From contig CAWGKG010000018.1 of the NCBI GenBank assembly GCA_963823035.1, forward strand, positions 224,001-288,000: a stretch of 64,000 bases of DNA, written 5' to 3'. Of the stretch, positions 30,022-41,129 are shown piece by piece (position 1 is the first letter of the stretch; the number at the start of each line of letters is the position of its first letter). Source of the DNA: an uncultured Gemmatimonadales bacterium (lineage in GTDB: Bacteria; Gemmatimonadota; Gemmatimonadetes; Longimicrobiales; Gaopeijiaceae). The notes under the pieces were generated by a model. That model was not told the origin of the DNA, ran no database searches, and worked only from the letters and a program-made list of their open reading frames with translations. A program made the translations under genes and the position numbers.

Positions 30022-31053
30022 CTACTCGCTCTCCGCAGCCTCCTCGGCACCGTCACCCACCGCGGCGGCGGCGGCCTTCTTGCTGCGGGGCTTCTTCGGC
30101 TTCGGTGCGGCTTCGGCCGAACCCTCGGCGGAAGCCTCCGCGGGGGCGTCGGTCGACGCCTCGGCACCCTCGTCCTCCGCCCCGCCGTCCGGCGCCCCGT
30201 CGCCATCACCCTCCTCGTCGCCCTTGAGGTGCTGGGCGATGACCTCCGGACGCGGCCGGCGCTTGCGGCGCGGGCGTCGGCGAGCCGGACGCTCCTGCTC
30301 CGTCGTCTCGCCGGTCTCGGTGGAGTAGGTGGTCGCCTCGGCCTCCTCGGCTCGCCGCTGATCCTCGGGGACCTCGCGCCGGGTGTCTTCGATCGTGGAG
30401 GCGATCGCGCCGGCGAGGAGCTGCACCGCGCGGATGGCGTCGTCGTTGCCCGGAATCGGGTAGTCGATCTTGTCCGGATCCGCGTTCGTGTCGGTGATCG
30501 CGATCACGGGGACGCCGAGGCGGGAGGCCTCGCGCACGGCGATGGTCTCGCGCTTGGCGTCGACGATGAACACGGCCCCGGGGAGGCGACCCATGTCCTT
30601 CACGCCGGCCAGGTACTTGTCGAGCTTCAGGCGCTCGCGCTCGAGGAGGAGCCGTTCCTTCTTCGTGTAGAACTCGAAGGCGTTCTCCTCCTGACCGCGC
30701 TCGAGCTCCTTCAGGCGGCGGATCTGCTTCCGGATCGTCTGGAAGTTCGTGAGCATGCCGCCGAGCCAACGCTCGGTGACGTAGAAGGAGCCGCAGCGCT
30801 GCGCCTCCTGCTCGATGATCCCCCGGAGCTGCTTCTTCGTGCAAACGAAGAGCACCCGCTCGCCCCGGAGCACCACCTCCCGGACCGCCTGCTGGGCGGC
30901 CAGGAGTCGATCCAGGGTCTTGCGGAGGTCGATGATGTGGATGCCGTTGCGCTCCGTGAAGATGAACTGCTTCATCTTCGGGTTCCAACGGCGGGTCTGG
31001 TGCCCGAAATGGACACCGGCCTCCAACAGCTGGCTCAGGCCGACTTCCTGCAT
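30022..31053 (-). CDS. rpsB: 30S ribosomal protein S2 with long charged C-terminal tail
   Basis: LLEAGVHFGH, WNPKM, RWLGGMLTN, PGNDDA. Confidence 0.97.
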   Translation of the reverse strand: MQEVGLSQLLEAGVHFGHQTRRWNPKMKQFIFTERNGIHIIDLRKTLDRLLAAQQAVREVVLRGERVLFVCTKKQLRGIIEQEAQRCGSFYVTERWLGGMLTNFQTIRKQIRRLKELERGQEENAFEFYTKKERLLLERERLKLDKYLAGVKDMGRLPGAVFIVDAKRETIAVREASRLGVPVIAITDTNADPDKIDYPIPGNDDAIRAVQLLAGAIASTIEDTRREVPEDQRRAEEAEATTYSTETGETTEQERPARRRPRRKRRPRPEVIAQHLKGDEEGDGDGAPDGGAEDEGAEASTDAPAEASAEGSAEAAPKPKKPRSKKAAAAAVGDGAEEAAESE

Positions 31054-31138
31054 GTCGCGTCCACTCACTAACAGTGGGGCCGATTACGCCCCGATCAGGA
31101 TATTGAAGCGCTGTCCTCCGCGGCGAAGCCGCAGCGGA

Positions 31139-31534
31139 TCAACGCTTCGAGAACTGGAAGCGCTTGCGGGCCTTGGGACGGCCGGGCTTCTTACGCTCGA
31201 CCTTCCTCGAGTCCCGCGTCAGGAGGCCCCGCTCACGCAGGGCCGGACGGGCTTCCTCGTCGTGCTCCACGATGGCGCGCGCCAGGCCCATGCGGACCGC
31301 GTCCGCCTGGCCGGTGAGCCCACCGCCGTTCACCCGCACCAACACGTCGAACTGCCCGTCGAACCCGGTGGCCCGGAAGGGCTCCTCGATGCGGATGCGG
31401 TGTGTCTCCCTCGGGAAATACTCCGCGAGGGTGCGCCCGTTCACCTTCCACTCGCCCTTGCCGGGGCGGAGGATGATGCGGGCCGTCGCCGTCTTGCGCC
31501 GCCCCACGGACTGGATCTGGTTCTGCATGGCCAT
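31139..31534 (-). CDS. rpsI: 30S ribosomal protein S9
   Basis: GRRKTA, GGGLTGQA, ERKKPG..ARKRFQFSKR. Confidence 0.98.
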   Translation of the reverse strand: MAMQNQIQSVGRRKTATARIILRPGKGEWKVNGRTLAEYFPRETHRIRIEEPFRATGFDGQFDVLVRVNGGGLTGQADAVRMGLARAIVEHDEEARPALRERGLLTRDSRKVERKKPGRPKARKRFQFSKR

Positions 31535-31551
31535 GTCGCTCGGGTCCCTCT

Positions 31552-31980
31552 TCAGATGTCCAGGAGCTCGGGCTGCTGGCCCTGGTGGGGATGCTCTGCG
31601 CCGCCATAGACGCGCAGCTTCTTCCGGATCTGCCGGCCGAGCGCGTTCTTGGGGAGCATCCCCCGGACCGCCAACTCGACCACACGCTCCGGGTGCGAGC
31701 GGATCATGCGCCGGAACGGAATGTGCCTTTCACCACCCATGTACCCGGAGTGGCGGAAGTAGGTCTTCTGATCGGCCTTCTTGCCCGTCAGCATCACCCG
31801 GGAGGCGTTGACGACCACGACGTGGTCGCCGGTGTCCAGGTGCGGCGTGAAGATCGGCTTGTGCTTGCCACGGAGGACGCGCGCGATCTCGGTGGCGATG
31901 CGACCCAGCGGTTTGTCGGCCGCGTCAACGACCCACCACTTCCGCTCGATGTCGTCTTGCTTCGGTGTGTACGTTCTCAT
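31552..31980 (-). CDS. rplM: 50S ribosomal protein L13
   Basis: WWVVDA, LRGKHKP, DTGDHV, GMLPKN. Confidence 0.98.
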   Translation of the reverse strand: MRTYTPKQDDIERKWWVVDAADKPLGRIATEIARVLRGKHKPIFTPHLDTGDHVVVVNASRVMLTGKKADQKTYFRHSGYMGGERHIPFRRMIRSHPERVVELAVRGMLPKNALGRQIRKKLRVYGGAEHPHQGQQPELLDI

Positions 31981-32022
31981 CCCGTCGGCGCCCACGGAGG
32001 CGGTTAGAATACAGAGCTTTGA

Positions 32023-32051
32023 ATGATATCCGAGGGTCCCGGGGGTGTCAA
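32023..32051 (-). promoter_or_regulatory. sigma70 promoter TTGACA-17-TATCAT for the rplM-rpsI-rpsB cluster
   Basis: Consensus -35, near-consensus -10, exact 17-nt spacer. Confidence 0.8.
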
Positions 32052-32110
32052 CGGGCTTTCCCGTTGCGGGACGGGGGTTTGGGGGGCAGCCCGGCGGCGC
32101 CCCCTGGAGG

Positions 32111-32962
32111 CTACATGAAGGTCTCGAGGAAGCGCGCCCGCGACGCGTGCCGCAGGCGGACGAGCGCCTTCTCCTTGATCTGACGCACGCGCTCGCGCGT
32201 GATGCCGAGCAGCGCCCCGATCTCCTCGAGCGTCATCGGGTCCTGGTCGTCCAGCCCGAAATACAGCCGCAGGATCTTCGCCTCCCGCTCCTTGAGCGTG
32301 GAGAGCGCCTCCTCGATCGTCTGCTTCAGCGCCCGCTCGTACGCCTCGTCCTCGGGCCCCGGCGAGTACTGGTCGGGGAGGTAGTCGAGGAGGCGGTTGT
32401 CCTCCCCCGGGGTGAGCGGCGCGTCCAGCGAGAGATGGGACTGCGAGATCGCGAGCGTGCGCTCGACCTCCTCCTGGGAGATGTCGAGACCCTCGGCGAT
32501 CTCGTCGACGGTGGGCTCCCGGCCCAGCTCCTGGAGCAACGCCGAGCTGCGTCGCCCGATCCGGTGCAGCGCCCCCGCCCTGTTGAGCGGGACGCGCACG
32601 ATGCGGCTCTGCTCCGCGAGCGCCTGCAGGATGGCCTGCCTGATCCACCAGACCGCGTAGCTGATGAACTTGATGCCCTTCGTCTCGTCGAATTTGTGGG
32701 CGGCGCGGATGAGGCCGAGGTTGCCCTCGTTGATCAGGTCGGGGAGCGGGACACCCTGGTTCTGGTACTTCTTGGCCACCGAGACCACGAAGCGCAGGTT
32801 CGACCGAACCAGCTTGTTGAGGGCGTCCGGGTCGTCCTTGCGGATGAGCCTCGCCAGCCGGGCCTCCTCCTCACGGTCGATGAGGGGATACTGGCTGATC
32901 TCCTTGAGATACTGATCGAGGGAGCCTTCCCGGAAGGTGCCGCGGCGGGAGGTGAAACTCAT
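32111..32962 (-). CDS. RpoD/SigA-family sigma factor lacking region 1.1 (~283 aa)
   Basis: [47 protein letters not shown]. Confidence 0.93.
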   Translation of the reverse strand: MSFTSRRGTFREGSLDQYLKEISQYPLIDREEEARLARLIRKDDPDALNKLVRSNLRFVVSVAKKYQNQGVPLPDLINEGNLGLIRAAHKFDETKGIKFISYAVWWIRQAILQALAEQSRIVRVPLNRAGALHRIGRRSSALLQELGREPTVDEIAEGLDISQEEVERTLAISQSHLSLDAPLTPGEDNRLLDYLPDQYSPGPEDEAYERALKQTIEEALSTLKEREAKILRLYFGLDDQDPMTLEEIGALLGITRERVRQIKEKALVRLRHASRARFLETFM

Positions 32963-33124
32963 CGGGGGCTCGGTCGGAGGGTCTACCCGCGAGTGCCGGA
33001 CCCACCGTCGTGGACCACGGATGCTCACGGGAAGTGAGACGGCACGCGAGGTACAAATGGGGACATGGGCGCCGTCGCGCAACCGCACCCCCCTCGCGCG
33101 GGGGCACGCGGGCGACTTCCCCCC

Positions 33125-33934
33125 CTAGCGGATGAGCTCTCCGATCCGCCCCCAGCGGACGTACCGGAGCCAGGGCACGCGCCCCGAGATGCTCGGATCG
33201 AACGAGTAGTACACGAACCAGGGCCGCCCGCGAATCGCCTCGCGGGATACGAATCCCCAGTAGCGCGAGTCCTCGCTGTTGTCCCGGTTGTCCCCGAGCA
33301 TGAAGTACTCGCCCGGCGGGACCACGAGGGGGCCCCAGTTGTCGCGTGTCGGGTGATAGGAACGCGTGGTGCTGGCGATCAGGTGGTTGGACTGCCAGCG
33401 CATGTCCGGATGGACGGCGTCGCCACGGTGGTCGATGTAGCGTGCGTACGGCTCGTGCATCGCCTGGCCGTTCACGTACAGGACCTTCTCGCGCATCTCG
33501 AGGGTGTCGCCCGGCATTCCGACCAGCCGCTTCACGTAGTTCTTGGTCACGTCGTGCGGCGGCACGAAGACGACCACGTCCCCGCGCTCGGGGTCCGCGA
33601 ACGCCGGGAGATGCAGATGCGTTCCCGGGACCTCCGCGCCGTAGACGGCCTTGTTGACCAGGAGGAAGTCGCCGACGAGGAGCGTGTTCTCCATCGACGA
33701 GGTGGGGATGCGGAAGGCCTCGACCACGAAGGTGCGGATGAGGACGAAGAGCGCGAACGCGATCAGCAGCGACCGGGTCCAGTCCCAGACGATGCCGAGC
33801 ACCACGCCCGCTCGTTCCTCCGAGGCACGGAGGATCCGGGTGACCGCGCCCGTTTCCCTCTCTTCTTCCTTCACCCTTCCATGCTCCTGAGCTCCCACGG
33901 GGGTCGCGTGGCCGCTCCGGGTCGGCCCGCCCAA
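33125..33934 (-). CDS. lepB: Signal peptidase I (start uncertain)
   Basis: IPTSSMENTL, YVKRLVG.PGD, GDNRDNSEDSRYWG. Confidence 0.93.
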   Translation of the reverse strand: MGGPTRSGHATPVGAQEHGRVKEEERETGAVTRILRASEERAGVVLGIVWDWTRSLLIAFALFVLIRTFVVEAFRIPTSSMENTLLVGDFLLVNKAVYGAEVPGTHLHLPAFADPERGDVVVFVPPHDVTKNYVKRLVGMPGDTLEMREKVLYVNGQAMHEPYARYIDHRGDAVHPDMRWQSNHLIASTTRSYHPTRDNWGPLVVPPGEYFMLGDNRDNSEDSRYWGFVSREAIRGRPWFVYYSFDPSISGRVPWLRYVRWGRIGELIR

Positions 33935-34056
33935 CGACGATCGGGATCCCTACACGAGCGGCCGTCGCACCGTTCCCGGGCCGGGCCACCTTCCCATCGT
34001 AATGGACGGAGAGGCGCGCAGCGCCAATATCTCGTCCTTTTCGTCGGGCCGCGGCC

Positions 34057-34910
34057 GTGCCTACCTTCGAAGAGGAGGGGGACGCGGTGGTCGCGTCCCC
34101 CCGATCCGATCCCCCGCCGACCGTGTCCCGCCCCCACCGTCGCCTCGATCCCACTACCCTCGTGGCCCTCGCGCTCGTGCTGGGGGGGCTCCTCTTCGTA
34201 ATCCGGGGACGCACCGCTGCCCGCGACGCCCGCTCCGTCCTGCGATCCCGGAGCGGATGCGGGATGTGCCGTCGACGCCCGGGCGGGCGCGCTCACACAG
34301 GCGTCGGGCGGGGTCGCCCGACCCACGCCCGCCGGCCCGCCCGAGCTGTCCGCCGACGTCGCGTGCCGCAACGTCTCGTACCTGTGCGACGAGCTCGAGC
34401 CGAGCGGGCGCCTGCGCATGCAGCGCTGGAGGGACTTCCAGGGCACGATGGTCGTGCACGTGCCGCTTCCCGACCTCCCCGACCGGGCGCAGGCCTACGC
34501 GCTGCGCAGCGCGGCCACGGCCGGCATCCGGCTGTGGAACGGCCAGCCCTTCCCCATCCTGGTCGACGAGCGCGGCACGCGGGAGGCGCAGATCGAGGTC
34601 CGCTGGGTCGCCTCGCTCGGCGGCTCGCAGATCGGGCTCGCCAAGACCGAGTGGAGCCCGCGCACGGGGCTCTCCGTGCACTCCCTCGAGCTCGTCACGG
34701 CCAACCCGAACGGTGCGCGGTCCGCTCGACCCCCGCGACGTACGCCTGACGGCCGCGCACGAGATGGGGCACGCGCTGGGTCTCGGCCACTCGGCCAACC
34801 CCCACGACCTGATGTATCCCGCCAACACGGCCACCACCCTCACGGCCCGCGACTACCGTGCGATCGAAGCCCTCTACGACTTCGAGGACGGCACGGTGAT
34901 CGTGCGCTGA
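34057..34910 (+). CDS. Matrixin-like zinc metalloprotease (frameshifted; start uncertain)
   Basis: HEMGHALGLGHS plus Met-turn LMYP; an N-terminal TM segment lies in another frame. Confidence 0.75.
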
Positions 34911-34922
34911 AGCGTCGCTCCG

Positions 34923-36876
34923 TCAGCGACCTCCGAGGAGGACCCGGGCCCCGACGTAGAGCGCCCGCCCCGGCGCCGGAAAGCCGACGATCTCCTCGTA
35001 GCGCGCGTCCAGGACGTTCTCCGCACGCAGACGAAGGACCCAGGCCGGCCGGCGCCCCGCGCCCCCGAACGGCACCTCGAGCCCCGCGTCGAGCGTCGCG
35101 TGGCGCGGGAGGGTGACGCGCGTCGCGGGATAGGTCGTGAAGTCCCGGTCGGCGCGATCGCCGACCACGCGCAGCGACACCGAGCGCGTCGGCGCGCCCG
35201 GCCTGCACGGCCCCATGCACCCGCAGCGTGCTCGCGGGCCTGCGCAGCAGGCGGTCGCCCGGCACGAACTCCCCGCCCGCGTCCTCCTCGCCGCCGCCCC
35301 CGGTCACCCATCCGTCCAGCCACGTCCACGACGCTCCGGCGCGCACCGCCCCCGCGCGCGCCTCCCCGCCCATCTCCACACCGCGCACGTTCGCCCCGGC
35401 GAGGTTGAAGTAGTTCGGAGCCTCCGGCCGGGGAGGCACCGCCGTGTATTGGATCAGGTCGCGGAAGCGCTCCTGGAAGTAGGCGGCGCGCAGCGTCACC
35501 CGCCCGGCCAGGGCGTCCTGCTCGATCCCCGCTTCCCAGGAGCGGGCCCGCTCCGGATCGAGCGCCGGGTTCCCGCGCACGTAGCCTTCGGCGAAGCTCT
35601 CGTAGAACGTCGGCTCCTTGATGGCGCTCCCCGCGCTCACACGCAGCCGCGTGCCCTCGATGGGTCGCCAGGTGAGCCCGGCGTTCCACGTCGGGAAGCG
35701 GCCGTACTGCTCGTTGTCCTCGAGGCGCCCACCGACCGCCCACGCCCATGCGCCCTCGGCGCCGGTGACGTGCAGGTACGCGGCCCGGTTCCGGCGGTCG
35801 TATTCGCTGCGCCCCGACGTCACGCCCCACTCGCTCGCCGATTCGGAGAAGGAGCGCTGCTTCTCCCGCTCCGCCTCGAAGCCCACCGTGACCACGGAGC
35901 CCCCGAGGTGCAGGTTGCCGCGCACGTCCACGGCCGAGCGCTGCACGTGGTCGAGGGAGTTGAAGCCGAAGTAGCCGAGGGTGTCGGCCGCGTCGTCCAT
36001 CGCGTCGTCCGTGCCGCTCTCCGTGCGCGCGAGCGTGACGAGCGTGCGCAGCTCGAGACGCTCCCCGAGCCATCGCGCCCCGCTGAGCGCCACGGACGCC
36101 TCGTCCCCGAAGGTCAGGGCGTTGTGGTCGACCACCGCGCCGTTCGCGTCCGTCGGGAAGCCGTAGGTCCGGTCGGAGAGCCGCACCGCCACGCCGGCGC
36201 GCGTGCGCGCGTCCGGGGCCAGGCGCACGTTCCCGGACAGCACCGTGTTCTCGTGCGCGTTGTTGAACGGAAACACGCCGTCCGTGTGCAGGCGCGACGC
36301 GGCGAGCGACCAGCTCACCGGGTCCGAGCCACCGGAGGCGGTCAGCGAGGCCTCGCGCCGGCCGTAGCTTCCCCCCTGCACCGAGAGGGAGAGGGCAGCC
36401 GGCCCGCGTCCGGTGCGGGTGATGACGTGGATCACCCCGGCCATCGCAGCGGAGCCGAAGAGCGACGAGGCCGGACCCCGCAGCACCTCGATGCGCTCGA
36501 CGTCGTCGAGCGTGAGGCCCGCGAAGTCGAAGGAGCCCCCCGGCTGGTTCACCTGCACCCCGTCGACCAGCACCTGGGCGTAGTCGCTCTCCCCGCCGCG
36601 CATGAACACGGAGGTCGTCGCGCCGAACGAGCCTCCCTGCACGACGGTCACGCCCGGCACCTCCCGCAATGCGTCCGCCAGCCGGAGCACGCCGCGCGCG
36701 CGCAGCGCCTCGCCGTCCAGCACGGTCACGGAGCGCGCCACGGCGGAGGCCGGCCGGGGCGTGGGGCTCGCGGTCACGATCAGCCCTTCGAGCTCGAAGG
36801 GGTCCTGCTGCGCCGCGGCCACGCGCGGCGCTACGGCCGTCGCGCATGCGACGACGATCGGGATCCAGCGTCTCAT
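34923..36876 (-). CDS. btuB: TonB-dependent vitamin B12 receptor (frameshift near 35190)
   Basis: Signal peptide, IVTA TonB box, plug LREVPGV..VLVDG..ERIEVLRGP.S.LFG; upstream cobalamin riboswitch. Confidence 0.85.
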
Positions 36877-37014
36877 CTCGGTCTTCCTCCCCCACGGTCG
36901 GAAACGAGGAACCCCGCGCCTCCTTGCGGAGGAGCGGGGCGACCGGATGCGACGGCGAACCACTGCCGGAGACGTCACGTCCGCGCCCACTCCCCCTCGA
37001 AGCGGCGAGGCTGC

Positions 37015-37200
37015 GGGGGTGGGTCAGGTCTCCTGGCTCGAGGCCGTCTCGCTCGCCTTCCCGGGCGCGCTCAGCGCCCAGTGGCATCGGGAGCGGACGT
37101 TCCGAAGCGTGTTCGGACCTCTCACAGTGGCGGGGCCGCGCCGGAGTCTCACCGGCTTCCGTTGATGACCCACCCGCCGAATCGAATTGTCGCCTCGAGG
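37015..37200 (-). ncRNA. Cobalamin (AdoCbl) riboswitch
   Basis: Minus strand GGAAGCCGGTGAGACTCCGGCGCGGCCCCGCCACTGT, GCCACTGGG...GGGAAGGC, and B12 box GAGCCAGGAGACCTGACC. Confidence 0.93.
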
Positions 37201-37312
37201 TTACCGCGTCGGGGCCGCGCCTGCAAGGCGGCACCGCAACCGGGCCGTGCTTGGAGGCAGCTTACGCGCGAGAGCCGGCCGCGAGTGCGGACGGCGCGGC
37301 TGCAGGGCGGGC

Positions 37313-38674
37313 TCAATCCTCCCGGACCAGCCCGTACTTCTCGATCTTCTTGTACAGATTGGAGCGGGGCATGTCCATGCGCCGAGCCGTCTCCGCCACG
37401 TTCCAGTCGTTCTCGCGCAACTTCTGCAGGATGAACGCGCGCTCGGCGCGCTCCTTGAACTCCGCGAACGTCCCCGCGGTGAGGAGCTCGCCCCCGAGAC
37501 CGGAGCCCGAGCTGCGGCCCGGCGCGAGGAGGTCCACGTCGGAGGCGCGTACCTCTTCGCCCGTGGACAGGATCAACAGGCGCTCCACCGTGTTGCGCAG
37601 CTCGCGCACGTTCCCCGGCCACTCGAGCGCGGCCAGGCGCGCCACCGCCTCCTCCGTGAACCTCCGGGCCGCCACGCGAGCGTTGCTGGCCATCCGCTGG
37701 GCGAAGTGCTGGATGAGCATCGGGACGTCCTCCCGGCGCTCGCGTAGCGGGGGGATGTGGATGGGCACCACGTTGAGCCGGTAGAAGAGGTCCTCGCGGA
37801 AACGACTCTCCCCGATCTCCTCCGGCAGGTCCTTGTTGGTCGCGGCGATCACGCGCACGTCCACCTCGATGGCGCGCGAACCTCCCACGCGGGTGACCAC
37901 CCCCTGCTCGAGGGCGCGCAGCACCTTGGCCTGCGCCGCGAGGGACATGTCACCGATCTCGTCCAGGAAGAGCGTGCCGCCGTCCGCCTGCTCGAACTTC
38001 CCCGCCCGGTCGGCCACGGCCCCCGTGAACGAGCCCTTGATGTGTCCGAAGAGGGCCGACTCGATCAGCTCGGAGGGGATCGCGGCGCAGTTCACCTCGA
38101 CGAAGGGGCCGGCCGCCCGCTCCGAAAGTCGATGGATGGCGCGGGCCACCAGCTCCTTTCCCGTGCCGTTCTCGCCGGTGACGAGGACGCGCGCGTCCGT
38201 GGGGGCGACGCGCTCGATGCGCTCCAGCACCTGACGGACCGGATACGAGGTCCCGACGATCTCGTAGCGGCTCTCGACCTGGTCCCGCAGCGCCTCCATG
38301 CTGGCCGTGAGCCCGCGCAGCTCGAGCGCACGCCGGAGCGTCACCAGGAGGCGGTCCGTGTCGAGCGGCTTCTCCAGGAAGTCGTACGCGCCCTTGCGCG
38401 TGGCCTCCACGGCCGTGTCGATCGTGCCGTGCCCGGAGATCATGACCACGAGGATGCCCGGATCCCCCTCGCGGAGCCGCTCGAGCACCTCGAGACCGTC
38501 CATCCCCGGCATCTTCACGTCCAGGAAGATGACGTCCGGCCGCGCCTCGGCGGCGAGGTGGAGCGCCTCAGGGCCGTCGGAAGCTCCCCGCACCTCGTGC
38601 CCCTCGTACTCGAACACCTGGACCAGGGCATCGCGGATCGACTTCTCGTCGTCGACGATCAGGAGCCTCGCCAT
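37313..38674 (-). CDS. sigma54-dependent response regulator (NtrC/NtrX-like)
   Basis: Receiver, GENGTGKE, GSFTGA, FLDEIGD, WPGNVREL, HTH. Confidence 0.95.
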   Translation of the reverse strand: MARLLIVDDEKSIRDALVQVFEYEGHEVRGASDGPEALHLAAEARPDVIFLDVKMPGMDGLEVLERLREGDPGILVVMISGHGTIDTAVEATRKGAYDFLEKPLDTDRLLVTLRRALELRGLTASMEALRDQVESRYEIVGTSYPVRQVLERIERVAPTDARVLVTGENGTGKELVARAIHRLSERAAGPFVEVNCAAIPSELIESALFGHIKGSFTGAVADRAGKFEQADGGTLFLDEIGDMSLAAQAKVLRALEQGVVTRVGGSRAIEVDVRVIAATNKDLPEEIGESRFREDLFYRLNVVPIHIPPLRERREDVPMLIQHFAQRMASNARVAARRFTEEAVARLAALEWPGNVRELRNTVERLLILSTGEEVRASDVDLLAPGRSSGSGLGGELLTAGTFAEFKERAERAFILQKLRENDWNVAETARRMDMPRSNLYKKIEKYGLVRED

Positions 38675-38680
38675 TCCCCG

Positions 38681-39334
38681 CTACCTCTCGGCGACCAGGA
38701 CGAGGCTGTCGCGCTGCACGTACACGGCCTGGAGGCCGTCGGGCAGCGGTACCGCGAGGGCGTCCTCCGGGAGGGCGCCGCTCCCGTCCCGGCCGAAGCC
38801 GGCCAGGATCTGGGGGATCATGCGCCGGGGAAGCGGGATGCGGGACACCTCGATGTGGTCCACCAGGAGCGCCAGGTGCTCGCGGTCCAGCGGCACCAGC
38901 GAGCCCTCCATCAGGACGTCGATCGTGTCGGGGAGGATCCCGAGGACGTCGTCGAGCTTCGGCAGCCGCGGGAAAGCCGCGAGCGCCACGCGGGCGCGCA
39001 GGCCGACACGGCTGCCGGCGAGCGTGACGGTGGGCCGGTCCACACCGGGCGGAACGATGCCGGGGAGGGCGTAGCGGACCACCGACGTGAGCTCCAGGCC
39101 CCCGAGCGCGATGCGACCGCCGCCTTCGCCCTTCCGGAAGCGCTCGAATCGGTCGAGGGTCCGGTCCGCCAGCTCCGCGGAGGGCTCCTCCGCCGCGGCC
39201 TCGGCGGGTGCCTCCGGTCGGCCCATGCCCAGCGCCCGCTCCAGACGTGGGAACACGATGGGGCCCCAGAGGAAGCCGGCGTACGCCACCGCCACGAGCA
39301 CCACCGCCCCCACGAGCTTCTTGAGAAAGCCCAA
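38681..39334 (-). CDS. Hypothetical membrane-anchored protein
   Basis: N-terminal TM; sits tightly between its co-oriented neighbours. Confidence 0.65.
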   Translation of the reverse strand: MGFLKKLVGAVVLVAVAYAGFLWGPIVFPRLERALGMGRPEAPAEAAAEEPSAELADRTLDRFERFRKGEGGGRIALGGLELTSVVRYALPGIVPPGVDRPTVTLAGSRVGLRARVALAAFPRLPKLDDVLGILPDTIDVLMEGSLVPLDREHLALLVDHIEVSRIPLPRRMIPQILAGFGRDGSGALPEDALAVPLPDGLQAVYVQRDSLVLVAER

Positions 39335-39336
39335 GG

Positions 39337-39900
39337 TCAGCCTCCCACCAGCTTGGCGCTGGAGAGCACGCTGTAGCGGGCTCCCTCGCGCGAGATGTGG
39401 CTCCGCATCAGGTCGAGCGTGCGCACCGGCACCTCACAAGCGAACTGCATGCCCGCCATGGTCTCGTCCAGCCCGCGGAACGCCCCGGCGCCATCGGCGG
39501 CTCCGGCGCGGCCCAGGGTTACGTGAGGATGGAAGGCACGCGTCTCCGGGTCGAACCCCACGTCCGAGAGGCTCCACTCCAGGTCCTGCTTGAGGCAGCG
39601 CAACTCGGGGGTCGCGTTCACCCCCAGCCAGACCACCCGCGGCTTGCGGATCGTGGGGAACGCGCCGAATCCGCCGAGCGCCACCTTGAACGGCTGGGTC
39701 GACTCGGCCACCCGCGTGAGCGCGTCCTGCACGCGCTGCACCCGGTCGGGCCGCACCTCGCCGAGGAACTTGAGCGTGACGTGGAAGTTGTCCTCGTCGA
39801 CCCAGCGCACGGGAAGGTCGCCTTCGCGAAGGACGCGCGTCGCGCGATGGATGCGCTGGCGCTCCTTCTTCGGGAGATTCAGAGCCACGAACACGCGCAC
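39337..39900 (-). CDS. thpR: RNA 2',3'-cyclic phosphodiesterase (2H family)
   Basis: RVFVAL, HVTLKFLG, PRVVW, PHVTLGR. Confidence 0.92.
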   Translation of the reverse strand: MRVFVALNLPKKERQRIHRATRVLREGDLPVRWVDEDNFHVTLKFLGEVRPDRVQRVQDALTRVAESTQPFKVALGGFGAFPTIRKPRVVWLGVNATPELRCLKQDLEWSLSDVGFDPETRAFHPHVTLGRAGAADGAGAFRGLDETMAGMQFACEVPVRTLDLMRSHISREGARYSVLSSAKLVGG

Positions 39901-39914
39901 GGTCCGCCCCGTAT

Positions 39915-41082
39915 TCAGCGGCTGCCCGCGGCAACCGCGCCGGACCCCACCAGAGCGTCGACGCCTTCGAGCGCCCGCTCCACGTCTTCGTCGGTCGAGG
40001 CCCAGCCGAGGGAGAGCCGTAGCGCACCCGTGTCGTACGACCCCGCCAGCCGGTGGCATTCGGGCGCGCAGTGGAGCCCCGCCCGCCCCTGCACGCCCCA
40101 CTCCCGATCCAGGCGCGTCGCGAGGGTGGCCGGATCCATGGCGTCGGCGGTGAACGTCACGATGCCCACGCCGTCGGGCGCGCGCGGCGAGCTCAACCGG
40201 ACGCCGCGGATGGACGCGAGTCCATCCCAGAGCCGCGTCTTCAATCGCGATTCGTGGGCGTGCAACGCCTCGACCCCCCTCTCCAGGACGTATGCGATCC
40301 CCGCCTCCAGGCCGGCGAGCCCCGGCGCGTTCACCGTTCCGGCCTCGAGCCGGTCGGGGAGCGGCTCGGGCATGTCGCGCGGAGCGGGAGTCGCCTCCGG
40401 TGCCGCCGCGCATGAGTGGCTCGACCTCCACGCCCTCCCCCACCCACAGCCCCCCGGTTCCCTGCGGACCGAGCATCCCCTTGTGGCCCGTGAACGCCAC
40501 CAGGTCCGCGCCCTCGTCCGCGCAGGGCATCGGAAAGTGCCCCGCCCCCTGGGCGGCGTCCAGGAGGACGATCGCCCCGGCCGCGTGCGCGCGGGAGGCC
40601 AGCTCCCGCAGCGGCAGACGGTGGCCCAGGACGTTCGACGCGCTGTTCACGACCAGCAGCCGCGCTCCCGCCAGGAGGCGTTCCGCCTCTTCGTAGTCGA
40701 TCGCGCCGTCGGGGGTTCCGCCGATCGTGCGCACCTCGACCTCCCGCGTCTGGGCGAGGTAGGCCACCGGCCGCAGGACGGAGTTGTGGTCATAGGCGGT
40801 GACGACGACGACGTCGCCGGGCCCCAGCACGCCCCAGAGGGCGGTGTTCAGCGCCCACGTGGCGTTCGGCATGAAGCACACGCGGCCGGGGTCGCCGGGC
40901 AGGCCGAGGAGACGCTGCACGGCCTGCCGACACCGAAGGGCGACGCGGCCCGCCTCGAGCGCGGGGGCGTGCCCCCCCCGGCCGGGCGTGGCCCCGCACT
41001 CCGTCAGGTACCGCGCCACGGCCTCGGCGACCGCGGGTGGTCGGATCGCGGAAGTCGCTGCGAAATCGAGATAGTGGGCCAT
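39915..41082 (-). CDS. Cysteine desulfurase-family aminotransferase class V (frameshift near 40380)
   Basis: YLDFAATS, HNSV, DAAQ, TGHKGMLGP, EAGT, RAGLHCAP. Confidence 0.9.
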
Positions 41083-41129
41083 GATCCTCGTTCGTGGCAG
41101 GCGCCCGGTGGCGGCGCGGGCGCCGCAAC

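Noticed and set aside
31054..31138. rpsB leader autoregulatory RNA
   Set aside because: Two small hairpins are present, but I could not recognise the conserved S2-leader motifs
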